The notes below the pieces were generated by a model. It was not told the DNA's origin. It did no database searches and was given only the letters and a program-made list of their open reading frames with translations. Source: Neoechinorhynchus agilis (taxonomy: Eukaryota; Animalia; Acanthocephala). From it: 64,000 bases of DNA. Location: positions 9,216,784 through 9,280,783 of the forward strand of contig CM121341.1 of the NCBI GenBank assembly GCA_051530055.1, given 5' to 3'. Positions 24,020 to 37,464 of this stretch are shown here, piece after piece. The position numbers and the translations under genes are program-made. Position 1 is the first letter of the stretch; the number at the start of each line of letters is the position of its first letter.

Positions 24020-24842
24020 TTTTCGGATAAAACACTGTACGGATTTCGGTATCGAAAAAAATTAATAGACGAAGCAAAAGGAGTGTTTTATCTGCAAACA
24101 AATCCCGATGAGATATTAAATTGCGCTATTTTTTTGGATGATAGAATTTTCGAACATGTAGAAATTCATATCAAATTCCTTTTGATTTAGGCGATTGCTT
24201 ATGACCTGACGGAATTTCAAGATAGTAACGAATGCAATGAACTATTCAACGACTATTTTGCTCGCCGCGATTATGTCTTTGATGCGGATAAAGGAATAAA
24301 AGAATACCGAAAACTAATCAATGAGCGACACAAGGATATTACTGAAACATCTATAATACAATTAGAGGACGTACCAAACGAGTGCCTGCAGAAGGCTCAA
24401 GATATCAGCTGGCTTAATGCATCCATAACAATATTTCGAAATGAAACCAAGTACTACAAACTTGATTTTTTTCAAATGCTACCTCATTATGAGCGAAGAC
24501 ATAAATATTATTGGTATGAAGGAACCGAGGATTGCTACTGGCTTGAAGCTCAAATAAACGAAGCAGCGTTCTCAGGTATCTAATTGCGATCGCTGTTAGA
24601 TAAAAATTTGGGATGAGATTATAGTTAAGTATTTGAAACTAGTTAAGAGATTTTTTGAAATGATAGATGAACTAAATAATACGCTCCATAACCAAATTTA
24701 CTATTCAATACGAAATTCAAGGCAAAGCAAGGAAAATTGCAAGTATTACGATAGTGTCTTCGTCGTACTTTTCAATTATGTTGAACGAGCGAGAAATATA
24801 ACAGAATGGTATTTCGAGAATTCTAGTGTTTTACTGGCATGA
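24020..24842 (+). CDS. Orphan family gene, unknown function; exons ~24191-24575 and 24625-24842 plus an uncertain upstream exon
   Basis: Open exons joined by GT-AG introns 24158-24190 and 24576-24624; homology to 10510-11223 and 36494-37620. Start unresolved. Confidence 0.65.
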
Positions 24843-25058
24843 ATAAGAATTAAGTTTTTATTTAGAAAAGTGGACGACGCTAGTACATTTGATATGAAAA
24901 AGCTTTAAAATTTGTACAAATAATCTAGATACTCACAAAGCGTTTAACGGCTGGATTAACTATCAGATTTTTAAGTGACATGGTGCAATTTGTTGGTTAC
25001 TTAGAAAATCAATTCATCGTGCTCGTCATTGGATAAATATTATAGTACGAATTGTCGA

Positions 25059-28000
25059 ATATATATTTAACATTGTTGATAAAATATGGTGAAGAAAATA
25101 AGAACTAAGAAATTCGATTTTATTGTGAATTTTCGGCCTTATCGTAGGCCTTCTTCAGACTATCTAAAATGTATCAGTCGCAAATCCTATGTCCTTTTGG
25201 AACGATATCTAGCGGAACGCGTAGGTGGAGTGTGTAATCGCCCTTTGGATAAACATCGCCTCCATCGTCGTTCTACCCCGTCGGTTTCTACACTCTGCGA
25301 GAACCTCAGTTGCTCCAAAATCGATTTAGTGTCCACTCTCAATCGTATGATGTACAATCGCGGACTTCGTATCCATTTGTTTCGAGACAGCTCTCCGGTG
25401 TTCAACTAGACGCCTCTTGAGATTGTTCGTCTGTCCTACATACGATTGATCACAATCCCTGCAGGCCCTTAACCAAGTCGAATATATATTTAACATTGTT
25501 GATAAAATATGGTGAAGAAAATAAGAACTGAGAAATTCGATTTTATTGTGAATTTTCGGCCTTAGCGTAGGCCTTCTTCAGACTATCTAAAATGTATCAG
25601 TCGCAAATCCTATGTCCTTTTGGAACGATATCTGGCGGAACGCGTAGGCGGAGTGTGTAATCGCCCTTTGGATAAACATCGCCTCCATCGTCGTTCTACC
25701 CCGTCGGTTTCTACACTCTGCGAGAACCTCAGTTGCTCCAAAATCGATTTGGTGTCCACTCTCAATCGTATGATGTACAATCGCGGACTTCGTATCCATT
25801 TGTTTCGAGACAGCTCTCCGGTGTTCAACTAGACGCCTCTTGAGATTGTTCGTCCTACATACGATTGATCACAATCCCTGCAGGCCCTTAACCAAGTCGA
25901 ATATATATTTAACATTGTTGATAAAATATGGTGAAGAAAATAAGAACTGAGAAATTCGAATTGTGAATTTTCGGCCTTATCGTAGGCCTTCTTCAGACTA
26001 TCTAAAATGTATCAGTCGCAAATCCTATGTCCTTTTGGAACGATATCTGGCGGAACGCGTAGGTGGAGTGTGTAATCGCCCTTTGGATAAACATCGCCTC
26101 CATCGTCGTTCTACCCCGTCGGTTTCTACACTCTGCGAGAACCTCAGTTGCTCCAAAATCGATTTGGTGTCCACTCTCAATCGTATGATGTACAATCGCG
26201 GACTTCGTATCCATTTGTTTCGAGACAGCTCTCCGGTGTTCAACTAGACGCCTCTTGAGATTGTTCGTCCTACATACGATTGATCACAATCCCTGCAGGC
26301 CCTTAACCAAGTCGAATATATATTTAACATTGTTGATAAAATATGGTGAAGAAAATAAGAACTGAGAAATTCGATTTTATTGTGAATTTTCGGCCTTATC
26401 GTAGGCCTTCTTCAGACTATCTAAAATGTATCAGTCGCAAATCCTATGTCCTTTTGGAACGATATCTGGCGGAACGCGTAGGCGGAGTGTGTAATCGCCC
26501 TTTGGATAAACATCGCCTCCATCGTCGTTCTACCCCGTCGGTTTCTACACTCTGCGAGAACCTCAGTTGCTCCAAAATCGATTTGGTGTCCACTCTCAAT
26601 CGTATGATGTACAATCGCGGACTTCGTATCCATTTGTTTCGAGACAGCTCTCCGGTGTTCAACTAGACGCCTCTTGAGATTGTTCGTCCTACATACGATT
26701 GATCACAATCCCTGCAGGCCCTTAACCAAGTCGAATATATATTTAACATTGTTGATAAAATATGGTGAAGAAAATAAGAACTGAGAAATCAATTGTGAAT
26801 TTTCGGCCTTATCGTAGGCCTTCTTCAGACTATCTAAAATGTATCAGTCGCAACCTATGTCCTTTTGGAACGATATCTGGCGGAACGCGTAGGCGGAGTG
26901 TGTACGCCCTTTGGATAAACATCGCCTCCATCGTCGTTCTACCCCGTCGGTTTCTACACTCTGCGAGAACCTCAGTTGCTCCAAAATCGATTTGGTGTCC
27001 ACTCTCAATCGTATGATGTACAATCGCGGACTTCGTATCCATTTGTTTGGAGGCAGCTCTCCGGTGTTCAACAAGACGCCTCTTGAGATTGTTCGTCCTA
27101 CATACGATTGATCACAATCCCTGCAGGCCCTTAACCAATTCGAATATATATTTAACATTCTTGATAAAATATGGTGAAGAAAATAAGAACTTAGAAATTG
27201 TGAATTTTCGGCCTTAGCGTAGGCCTTCTTCAGACTATCTAAAATGTATCAGTCACAAATCCTATGTCCTTTTGGAACGATATCTGGCGGAACGCGTATC
27301 GCCTCCATCGTCGTTCTACCCCGTCGGTTTCTACACTCTGCGAGAACCTCAGTTGCTCCAAAATCGATTTGGTGTCCACTCTCAATCGTATGATGTACAA
27401 TCGCGGACTTCGTATCCATTTGTTTCGAGACAGCTCTCCGGTGTTCAACTAGACGCCTCTTGAGATTGTTCTCGTCCTACATACGATTGATCACAATCCC
27501 TGCAGGCCCTTAACCAAGTCGAATATATATTTAACATTGTTGATAAAATATGGTGAAGAAAATAAGAACTGAGAAATTCGATTTTATTGTGAATTTTCGG
27601 CCTTATCGTAGGCCTTCTTCAGACTATCTAAAATGTATCAGTCGCAAATCCTATGTCCTTTTGGAACGATATCTGGCGGAACGCGTAGGCGGAGTGTGTA
27701 ATCGCCCTTTGGATAAACATCGCCTCCATCGTCGTTCTACCCCGTCGGTTTCTACACTCTGCGAGAACCTCAGTTGCTCCAAAATCGATTTGGTGTCCAC
27801 TCTCAATCGTATGATGTACAATCGCGGACTTCGTATCCATTTGTTTCGAGACAGCTCTCCGGTGTTCAACTAGACGCCTCTTGAGATTGTTCGTCGTCCT
27901 ACATACGATTGATCACAATCCCTGCAGGCCCTTAACCAAGTCGAATATATATTTAACATTGTTGATAAAATATGGTGAAGAAAATAAGAACTGAGAAATT

Positions 28001-28926
28001 CGATTTTATTGTGAATTTTCGGCCTTAGCGTAGGCCTTCTTCAGACTATCTAAAATGTATCAGTCGCAAATCCTATGTCCTTTTGGAACGATATCTGGCG
28101 GAACGCGTAGGCGGAGTGTGTAATCGCCCTTTGGATAAACATCGCCTCCATCGTCGTTCTACCCCGTCGGTTTCTACACTCTGCGAGAACCTCAGTTGCT
28201 CCAAAATCGATTTGGTGTCCACTCTCAATCGTATGATGTACAATCGCGGACTTCGTATCCATTTGTTTCGAGACAGCTCTCCGGTGTTCAACTAGACGCC
28301 TCTTGAGATTGTTCGTCCTACATACGATTGATCACAATCCCTGCAGGCCCTTAACCAAGTCGAATATATATTTAACATTGTTGATAAAATATGGTGAAGA
28401 AAATAAGAACTGAGAAATTCGATTTTATTGTGAATTTTCGGCCTTATCGTAGGCCTTCTTCAGACTATCTAAAATGTATCAGTCGCAAATCCTATGTCCT
28501 TTTGGAACGATATCTGGCGGAACGCGTAGGTGGAGTGTGTAATCGCCCTTTGGATAAACATCGCCTCCATCGTCGTTCTACCCCGTCGGTTTCTACACTC
28601 TGCGAGAACCTCAGTTGCTCCAAAATCGATTTGGTGTCCACTCTCAATCGTATGATGTACAATCGCGGACTTCGTATCCATTTGTTTCGAGACAGCTCTC
28701 CGGTGTTCAACTAGACGCCTCTTGAGATTGTTCGTCCTACATACGATTGATCACAATCCCTGCAGGCCCTTAACCAAGTCGAATATATATTTAACATTGT
28801 TGATAAAATATGGTGAAGAAAATAAGAACTGAGAACTTCGATTTTTATTGTGAATTTTCGGCCTTATCGTAGGCCTTCTTCAGACTATCTAAAATGTATC
28901 AGTCGCAAATCCTATGTCCTTTTGGA
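25059..28926 (-). mobile_element. Tandem array of ~419-bp Penelope-like 3' units (GIY-YIG endonuclease + pseudo-LTR), 9 full + 1 partial
   Basis: Minus strand CRDCDQSYVGQTNNLKRRLVEHRRAV..KSAIVHHTIESGHQIDF..TEVL...EAMFI. Units start at ~25059, 25477, 25896, 26311, 26730, 27140, 27518, 27940, 28359, 28778. Confidence 0.9.
25118..25170 (-). ncRNA. Minimal type I hammerhead ribozyme (Penelope type), one per array unit
   Basis: ATTTTAGATAGT-CTGAAGAA-GGCCT acgata AGGCC-GAA-AATT-C-ACAATAAAAT: core, stem II, palindromic AATT stem III and UUC cleavage triplet. Confidence 0.75.
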
Positions 28927-31900
28927 CCAAGCTTATCGAGCTTCAGAGAAAAAATAACAGGGTGATACTCACCTTAAACAACTATGATAAATAATCCAAA
29001 TATATCGAGCATCAGAGAAAAAACAACAGCGTGAAACTCACTTTCATTAACTCTGATGAAGAGCTTGAACCTCGCGCGCGTATGATAAACAACAGCGTTA
29101 TTTACGATTAAAAGAACTCCGTTAAAGAGTCCGTAAGTCAAAAGCGTCAGAGAAACAACAACGTGAAACTCACCTTAAACAACTATGATAAATAATCCAA
29201 ATGTATCGAGCATCAGAGAAAAAACAACAGCGTGAAACTCACTTTCATTAACTCTGATGAAGAGCTTGAACCTCGCGCGCGTATGATAAACAACAGCGTT
29301 ATTTACGATTAAAAGAACTCCGTTAAAGAGTCCGTAAGTCAAAAGCGTCAGAGAAACAACAACGTGAAACTCACCTTAAACAACTATGATAAATAATCCA
29401 AATGTATCGAGCATCAGAGAAAAAACAACAGCGTGAAACTCACCTTCATTAACTCTGATGAAGAGCTTGAACCTCGCGCGCGTATGATAAACAACAGCGT
29501 TATTTACGATTAAAAGAACTCCGTTAAAGAGTCCGTAAGTCAAAAGCGTCAGAGAAACAACAACGTGAAACTCACCTTAAACAACTATGATAAATAATCC
29601 AAATGTATCGAGCATCAGAGAAAAACAACAGCGTGAAACTCACCTTAAACAACTATGATAAATAATCCAAACGTATCGAGTTTCCGAGAAAAAACAACAG
29701 CGTGAAACTCGCCTTCAGTAACTTCGATAAATAATCCAAATGTATCGAGCATCAAAGAAAAACAACAGCGTGAAACTCACCTTAAACAACTAAGATAAAT
29801 AATCTAAACGTATCGAGTTTCAGAGAAAAAACAACAGCGTGAAACTCGCCTTTAGTAATTTCGATAAATAATCCAAATGTATCGAGCATCAGAGAAAAAC
29901 AACAGCGTGACACTCACCTTAAACAACTATGATAAATATTCCAAATGTATCGAGCATCAGAGAAAAAACAACAGCGTGAAACTCACTTTCATTAACTCTG
30001 ATGAAGAGCTTGAACCTCGCGCGCGTATGATAAACAACAGCGTTATTTACGATTAAAAGAACTCCGTTAAAGAGTCCGTAAGTCAAAAGCGTCAGAGAAA
30101 CAACAGCGTGAAACTCACCTTAAACAACTATGATAAATAATCCAAACGTATCGAGTTTCAGAGAAAAAACAACAGCGTGAAACTCGCCTTCAGTATCTTC
30201 GATAAATAATCCAAATGTATCGAGCATCAGAGAAAAAACAACAGCGTGAAACTCACCTTCATTAACTCTGATGAAGAGCTTGAACCTCGCGCGCGTATGA
30301 TAAACAGCAGCGTTATTTACGATTAAAAGAACTCCGTTAAAGAGTCCGTAAGTCAAAAGCGTCAGAGAAACAACAACGTGAAACTCACCTTAAACAACTA
30401 TGATAAATAATCCAAATGTATCGAGCATCAGAGAAAAAACAACAGCGTGAAACTCACGTTCATTAACTCTGATGAAGAGCTTGAACCTCGCGCGCGTATG
30501 ATAAACAACAGCGTTATTTACGATTAAAAGAACTCCGTTAAAGAGTCCGTAAGTCAAAAGCGTCAGAGAAACAACAACGTGAAACTCACCTTAAACAACT
30601 ATGATAAATAATCCAAATGTATCGAGCATCAGAGAAAAAACAACAGCGTGAAACTCACCTTCATTAACTCTGATGAAGAGCTTGAACTCGCGCGTATGAT
30701 AAACAACAGCGTTATTTACGATTAAAAGAACTCCGTTAAAGAGTCCGTAAGTCAAAAGCGTCAGAGAAACAACAACGTGAAACTCACCTTAAACAACTAT
30801 GATAATAATCCAAATACGATCAGAGAAAACAACAGCGTGAAACTCACCTTCATTAACTCGATGAAAGCTTGAACCTCGCGCGCGTATGATAAACAACAGC
30901 GTTATTTACGATTAAAAGAACTCCGTTAAAGAGTCCGTAAGTCAAAAGCGTCAGAGAAACAACAACGTGAAACTCACCTTAAACAACTATGATAAATAAT
31001 CCAAATGTATCGAGCATCAGAGAAAAACAACAGCGTGAAACTCACCTTCATTAACTCTGATGAAGAGCTTGAACCTCGCGCGCGTATGATAAACAACAGC
31101 GTTATTTACGATTAAAAGAACTCCGTTAAAGAGTCCGTAAGTCAAAAGCGTCAGAGAAACAACAACGTGAAACTCACCTTAAACAACTATGATAAATAAT
31201 CCAAATGTATCGAGCATCAGAGAAAAAACAACAGCGTGAAACTCACCTTCATTAACTCTGATGAAGAGCTTGAACCTCGCGCGCGTATGATAAACAACAG
31301 CGTTATTTACGATTAAAAGAACTCCGTTAAAGAGTCCGTAAGTCAAAAGCGTCAGAGAAACAACAACGTGAAACTCACCTTAAACAACTATGATAAATAA
31401 TCCAAATGTATCGAGCATCAGAGAAAAAACAACAGCGTGAAACTCACTTTAAACAACTATGATAAATAATCCAAACGTATCGAGTTTCAAAGAAAAAACA
31501 ACAGCGTGAAACTCGCATTCAGTAACTTCGATAAATAATCCAAATATATCGAGCATCAGAGAAAAAACAACAGCGTGAAACTCACTTTCATTAACTCTGA
31601 TGAAGAGCTTGAACCTCGCGCGCGTATGATAAACAACAGCGTTATTTACGATTAAAAGAACTCCGTTAAAGAGTCCGTAAGTCAAAAGCGTCAGAGAAAC
31701 AACAACGTGAAACTCACCTTAAACAACTATGATAAATAATCCAAATGTATCGAGCATCAGAGAAAAAACAACAGCGTGAAACTCACCTTCATTAACTCTG
31801 ATGAAGAGCTTGAACCTCGCGCGCGTATGATAAACAACAGCGTTATTTACGATTAAAAGAACTCCGTTAAAGAGTCCGTAAGTCAAAAGCGTCAGAGAAA

Positions 31901-34171
31901 CAACAACGTGAAACTCACCTTAAACAACTATGATAAATAATCCAAATGTATCGAGCATCAGAGAAAAAACAACAGCGTGAAACTCACCTTCATTAACTCT
32001 GATGAAGAGCTTGAACCTCGCGCGCGTATGATAAACAACAGCGTTATTTACGATTAAAAGAACTCCGTTAAAGAGTCCGTAAGTCAAAAGCGTCAGAGAA
32101 ACAACAACGTGAAACTCACCTTAAACAACTATGATAAATAATCCAAATGTATCGAGCATCAAAAACGCGTGAAACTCACTTAAACAACTATGATAAAACA
32201 AACGTATCAGTTTCAAGAAAAAACAACAGCGTGAAACTCGCTTCAGTAACTTCGATAAATAATCCAAATATATCGAGCATCAGAGAAAAAACAACAGCGT
32301 GAAACTCACTTTCATTAACTCTGATGAAGAGCTTGAACCTCGCGCGCGTATGATAAACAACAGCGTTATTTACGATTAAAAGAACTCCGTTAAAGAGTCC
32401 GTAAGTCAAAAGCGTCAGAGAAACAACAACGTGAAACTCACCTTAAACAACTATGATAAATAATCCAAATGTATCGAGCATCAGAGAAAAAACAACAGCG
32501 TGAAACTCACTTTCATTAACTCTGATGAAGAGCTTGAACCTCGCGCGCGTATGATAAACAACAGCGTTATTTACGATTAAAAGAACTCCGTTAAAGAGTC
32601 CGTAAGTCAAAAGCGTCAGAGAAACAACAACGTGAAACTCACCTTAAACAACTATGATAAATAATCCAAATGTATCGAGCATCAGAGAAAAAACAACAGC
32701 GTGAAACTCACCTTCATTAACTCTGATGAAGAGCTTGAACCTCGCGCGCGTATGATAAACAACAGCGTTATTTACGATTAAAAGAACTCCGTTAAAGAGT
32801 CCGTAAGTCAAAAGCGTCAGAGAAACAACAACGTGAAACTCACCTTAAACAACTATGATAAATAATCCAAATGTATCGAGCATCAGAGAAAAAACAACAG
32901 CGTGAAACTCACCTTCATTAACTCTGATGAAGAGCTTGAACCTCGCGCGCGTATGATAAACAACAGCGTTATTTACGATTAAAAGAACTCCGTTAAAGAG
33001 TCCGTAAGTCAAAAGCGTCAGAGAAACAACAACGTGAAACTCACCTTAAACAACTATGATAAATAATCCAAATGTATCGAGCATCAGAAAAACAACAGCG
33101 TGAAACTCACTTTCATTAACTCTGATGAAGAGCTTGAACCTCGCGCGCGTATGATAAACAACAGCGTTATTTACGATTAAAAGAACTCCGTTAAAGAGTC
33201 CGTAAGTCAAAAGCGTCAGAGAAACAACAACGTGAAACTCACCTTAAACAACTATGATAAATAATCCAAATGTATCGAGCATCAGAGAAAAAACAACAGC
33301 GTGAAACTCACTTTCATTAACTCTGATGAAGAGCTTGAACCTCGCGCGCGTATGATAAACAACAGCGTTATTTACGATTAAAAGAACTCCGTTAAAGAGT
33401 CCGTAAGTCAAAAGCGTCAGAGAAACAACAACGTGAAACTCACCTTAAACAACTATGATAAATAATCCAAATGTATCGAGCATCAGAGAAAAACAACAGC
33501 GTGAAACCCACCTTAAACAAATATGATAAATAATCCAAACGTATCGAGTTTCAGAGAAAAAACAACAGCGTGAAACTCGCCTTCAGTAACTTCGATAAAT
33601 AATCCAAATGTATCGAGCATCAGAGTAAAAACAACAACGTGAAACTCACCTTCATTAACTCTGATGAAGAGCTTGAACCTCGCGCGCGTATGATAAACAA
33701 CAGCGTTATTTACGATTAAAAGAACTCCGTTAAAGAGTCCGTAAGTCAAAAGCGTCAGAGAAACAACAGCGTGAAACTTACCTTAAACAACTATGATAAA
33801 TAATCCAAATGTATCGAGCATCAGAGAAAAACAACAGCGTGAAACTCGCCTTCAGTAACTTCGATAAATAGTTCAAACGTCTCGAGCACCAGAGAAAAAC
33901 ATCACCGTGAAACTCACCTTAAACAACTATGATAAATAATCCAAACGTATCGAGTTTCAGAGAAAAACAACAGCGTGAAACTCGTCTTCAGTATCTTCGA
34001 TAAATAGTTCAAACGTCTCGAGCACCAGAGAAAAACAACAGCGTGAAACCCACCTTAAACAACTATGATAAATAATCCAAACGTATCGAGTTTCAGAGAA
34101 AAAACAACAGCGTGAAACTCGCCTTCAGTAACTTCGATAAATAGTTCAAACGTCTCGAGCACCAGAGAAAA
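28927..34171 (+). repeat. 5.2-kb satellite of 66-69-bp monomers in a 201-bp higher-order repeat, derived from STPR-like coding repeats
   Basis: Period 201 (31141 to 31342; 31681 to 31882) = 69+66+66. One plus frame reads E-K-K-Q-Q-R-E-T-R/H-L-Q-*-L-R-*-I-I-Q-M-Y-R-A-S. Confidence 0.9.
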
Positions 34172-34580
34172 CCTGATTTCTCCTGTTCAGATCGTTCGTT
34201 TGCCCGATGTAGACCTGATTACATTCACTACATGGAATCTTATACTGATCCAGATTGAGGCTCGCCTTTTTGTTGGGACAAAGCAGTGTGTAAATTACGT
34301 CCCTTCCGACAATACACATCTACCAGGGTACTGCTACTAACTGTTTGTAGTGTCCTCTGCATCTTCCTGAACAAGGATTCATCATGGAAGGGGACCTCTA
34401 GGTAAATCTTCCCTTTCTTCACATTAGAAACCCTTCCGTGGCTGTGCCTCACTCCTTCAAGGCATCTTTTTACCAAATGTAGAGGGTAACCGAGTCTTGT
34501 TGAAGAAGGAGTGAGAGTGATGCTCACGTTTATCCCAGACCGGGAAAGGGTCGGAGAACTGTCGCTTCGGAGGAACAATT
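34172..34580 (-). mobile_element. Penelope-like element fragment (RT thumb + start of GIY-YIG)
   Basis: LGYPLHLVKR, IYLEVPFH, SGSV(Y)KIPCSECNQVYIGQTNDLNRR with one frameshift. Confidence 0.8.
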
Positions 34581-34599
34581 GGTCTGAGGAGGATGGTGC

Positions 34600-36290
34600 A
34601 GTGATCCGAGGTAACTACGGGTGCGAGTTTAATGGAAGCGGAATATTTGGCTATATTGGTAACGATTTTATCTAGTTTGGATGCCAGGTTTCCGTAATGA
34701 CGAGAATGTCGGCTTTGGTGGCCGTAGCGACTGAACAGCTCGTCGATTTTTGGCAGGATGCTACGAATATTGGTATATGATTGTAGGGAACGGCTGTTTA
34801 GGAGGGTTGCTCAGCAAGGAAATGGGTTGGAGGGGCGAGATGGGTGTCAAGTCGGGTGAAGTTGTGGTTGCCTGTTCATCTAGAGTGCAAGTGGATTGTT
34901 CAAGGCCATCCGAAATTTTTTGGGTTGGGCCTCTGACAGAGTGAAAGTGAAGTTAGGTATGGCTGCGATGTCTTTGTTTGAGTCACTGAGCCGGGTTTCT
35001 GCGGTGACTAGTATGTCTGAGGTGTGACGATTTTCTGATAAGGGATGGAAAACAGTTGTATATCTAATTTCTGCGAAGGAACAGCGGGTTCCTTTGGTGG
35101 TATCCAAAAATTTACGGCAGCAGAAGGCGTGTGTTGAACGGACGATAACTAATTGACTGTCGGGCTGGAAATATCCGGTAAGAGAGGGGTGATTTTAGTA
35201 AAAGAAAGCGTTTGAAGATGTAGACAGAGGCAGTGTCACGAAGGTGAAAACTAACTTTTAGAAGGCGTGGACGAGAGTCAGCTGGATTATTTGATAGGAT
35301 GCGGTGAACAGATACAGGCGCAGGAAGGTTGTTATAAGGGAAGAGCGTACGGGTAATTTCGTTTAGATGTAGTAGATTGTGTTTCAACGCATTGAAACGG
35401 CTAGAAATTGGACATTCAGGAACTTCAGGAATACCCAAGACGAAGATATCGTGCGATGGATCATATTTCTCATGTTTGTGTTGGGCGTGGCCAGGGAGAA
35501 GGCCGTATGTGTTAGGAACAACCCTCGATTTGTTAGGCGGACGATTTTGTGGTGTGCGAGAAGATTTCGGTGAGGGAGGTGTTATTTCCGGTAACCTCTG
35601 CTGAGAGGGAGGCTAAAGGGTAGACTTGGTTGAAAAGCGAGCGTAGTCTTGAAAGGACGGAAGTCGACGAGCTGGATAAAACGGAGCTGCGCGGAGGGTG
35701 GATGTGAGGAAGGTAATATGAGTCTGAACCGGAGGTTTGAGAATCGGGATTGAGTTAAGTCGAGGGTCCAGGGACGATTTATCATTTCCAGGTGTGTATG
35801 GCATGTTTGGGTTGTCACAAGATAGTTGGTTGGCCTTGTACGGAAACAGGTCATGCTCTTTGTCATTAATTAGATTTGAAATTAACGAGCTTCTGGGAGC
35901 TGGTAAGGGATCCTTGACAATTGTTTGGTTGTGTTTTGGGGATATACTCAGTTGAGTGGGATGTGTTGTGACGGGTGAAACGGGAGGAAAGAGATCGGGG
36001 TGGGGGTTGATTCTGGCGATGGGCCGTTGTTGGGCATCAGATCGGGAGAAATCTGTGTGATGGCTTCTGTTGTGATGTTCAAAGGTATGGTAGAAGTTGA
36101 TGTTTCGAGGTTAGCGTCGATCGCGGTCGAAAGTGCCCTGTTGATAACTCCAAAAGGCATTCGATCTGGTGCCAATTTGATCAGCAGCTTGGCGCAGCAG
36201 AACCCACAGACAAAGAACGGGCAAGGCTCTGGGATGTGCGTTGGGGCGATGAGGGTTGTTATCGAGCACCCTTGGCACGATCACGCTAAT
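34600..36290 (-). mobile_element. Degenerate CR1/L2-like LINE 5' half (ORF1 + APE endonuclease)
   Basis: FFVCGFCC (Cys cluster), HRILSNNPADSRPRLLKVSF (ORF1 RRM-like), SDILVTAETRLSDS (APE). Confidence 0.65.
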
Positions 36291-36574
36291 ATAATATAAA
36301 AACCTATTTGAAATACGCGTGTCAAGATGGACTCAATGAGTGTTAATTATAGGTCGCTAACTGTCCTAGTTTGGTAGTAATTAATCTTTTTGTTCTAAAT
36401 TGTATATCTGGACATTAAAGTGCGAATAAATTACGAACTATTATAGTTGCTGCGGTGTTTGACATTAGTTTTACTGAAGTATGTTTTGATATTAAAGCGT
36501 ATAGCATCTATAATACAATTAGAGGGTGGCCTGCAGAAGGCTCAAGATATAACAATATTTCGAAAATGAAACCA

Positions 36575-37284
36575 GGCGTGGTTGGAGGCTGTTCCTCTGG
36601 CATCAGTGGGAACTCTCCCGATATGCACGCTCCATCGCTTTTGATGTGGGTCTTTGGTTGATGCTCTCGGGCGACACGGTCTCGTCTGCAGAAGGTCAGC
36701 AGGAAGGTTCTCACGCAATTCTGAAATCAATAACGTAATTTCTCGGGCGTTGAGAACGGCGAACTTCCCCAACATCCTGGAACCCGTCCACCTCTGTAGA
36801 CTAGACGGCCGTAGGCCTAATGGAATTTCGGTCTTCCCGTGGCGGGAGGGCAAATGCCTTCTCTGGGACACCACGTGCGTGGACACCCTCGCAGCCAGCA
36901 ACATCCCCTACTCCCTCGAAATCGCCGGTGGTGCCGTCAGTGAAGCGGAATGGAAGAAAAACACGGAAATATATTCAGTTATCGAGGGCTCATTATTTTG
37001 TCCCCTTTGGGGTAGAGACGCATGGAGCGCTCGGCAGCTCGGCACTCTCTCTGCTCCAGGATCTCTCGAAGAAATTGAGAGAGGCAACCGGAGACTCAAG
37101 AGCAGGCTTATTTCTTCGACAAAATATCTCGCTGGCAGTACAACGGGGCAATGCTGCCAGCGTGATGGCGACGGTCGAGGAAGGACAAAAGCTGGAATTT
37201 GGTGGGAGGTGGTGAGTGTGTTAATTGTTGAGAGATGAAGATTGATTGAATACATTTATCGTTATTTAAAAAAAATTTGACCTT
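36575..37284 (+). mobile_element. 5'-truncated CRE-type non-LTR retrotransposon (CCHC + restriction-like endonuclease)
   Basis: GRHGLVC..SAGRFSR, LEP..L.RLDGRRPNG, WREGKCLLWDTTCVDT, FVPFGVETHG, FLRQNISLAVQRGNA; A-rich 3' end. Confidence 0.85.
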
Positions 37285-37356
37285 AGTACTACAAACTCGA
37301 TTTTTTTCAAATGCTACCTCATTATGAGCGAAGACATAAATATTATTGGTATGAAG

Positions 37357-37464
37357 TCTCGCTAACCGGTAACTTTTATTTTGTGTTTAAGTGTGAATAA
37401 TTTTTTGTTGTTGTTGGTCATACAACCCACCGATCTGGGTATAAAAAGCGCATAAAATCACTTA
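37357..37464. mobile_element. 108-bp unclassified insertion with ~15-bp TSD
   Basis: ATTATTGGTATGAAG (37342) and ATTACTGGTATAAAG (37465) flank it; the uninterrupted paralog has one copy. Confidence 0.65.

Noticed and set aside
25086-28714. Plus-strand 107-aa and alternative-frame 72-aa ORFs in the array
   Set aside because: Shadows of the Penelope GIY-YIG frame; no independent motifs.
30120-33749. Minus-strand hydrophobic ORFs MTYGLFNG...
   Set aside because: Antisense shadow of the triplet-periodic satellite.
10510-34171. Alternative genetic code or U-to-C editing (TAA=Gln, TGA=Arg) suggested by stops in the satellite, clathrin relic and orphan genes
   Set aside because: Intact genes end in TAA/TGA at the expected C termini and long ORFs contain no such codons. 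G>A changes also occur and one clathrin stop derives from AAA; C>T decay in dead sequence suffices.
28927-34171. CRISPR-like array or hammerhead array (CTGATGA and GAAAC in the satellite)
   Set aside because: No unique spacers and no cas genes. CTGATGA is followed by a stem ending in GCGC, not GAAA, and falls on decayed CGA codons.
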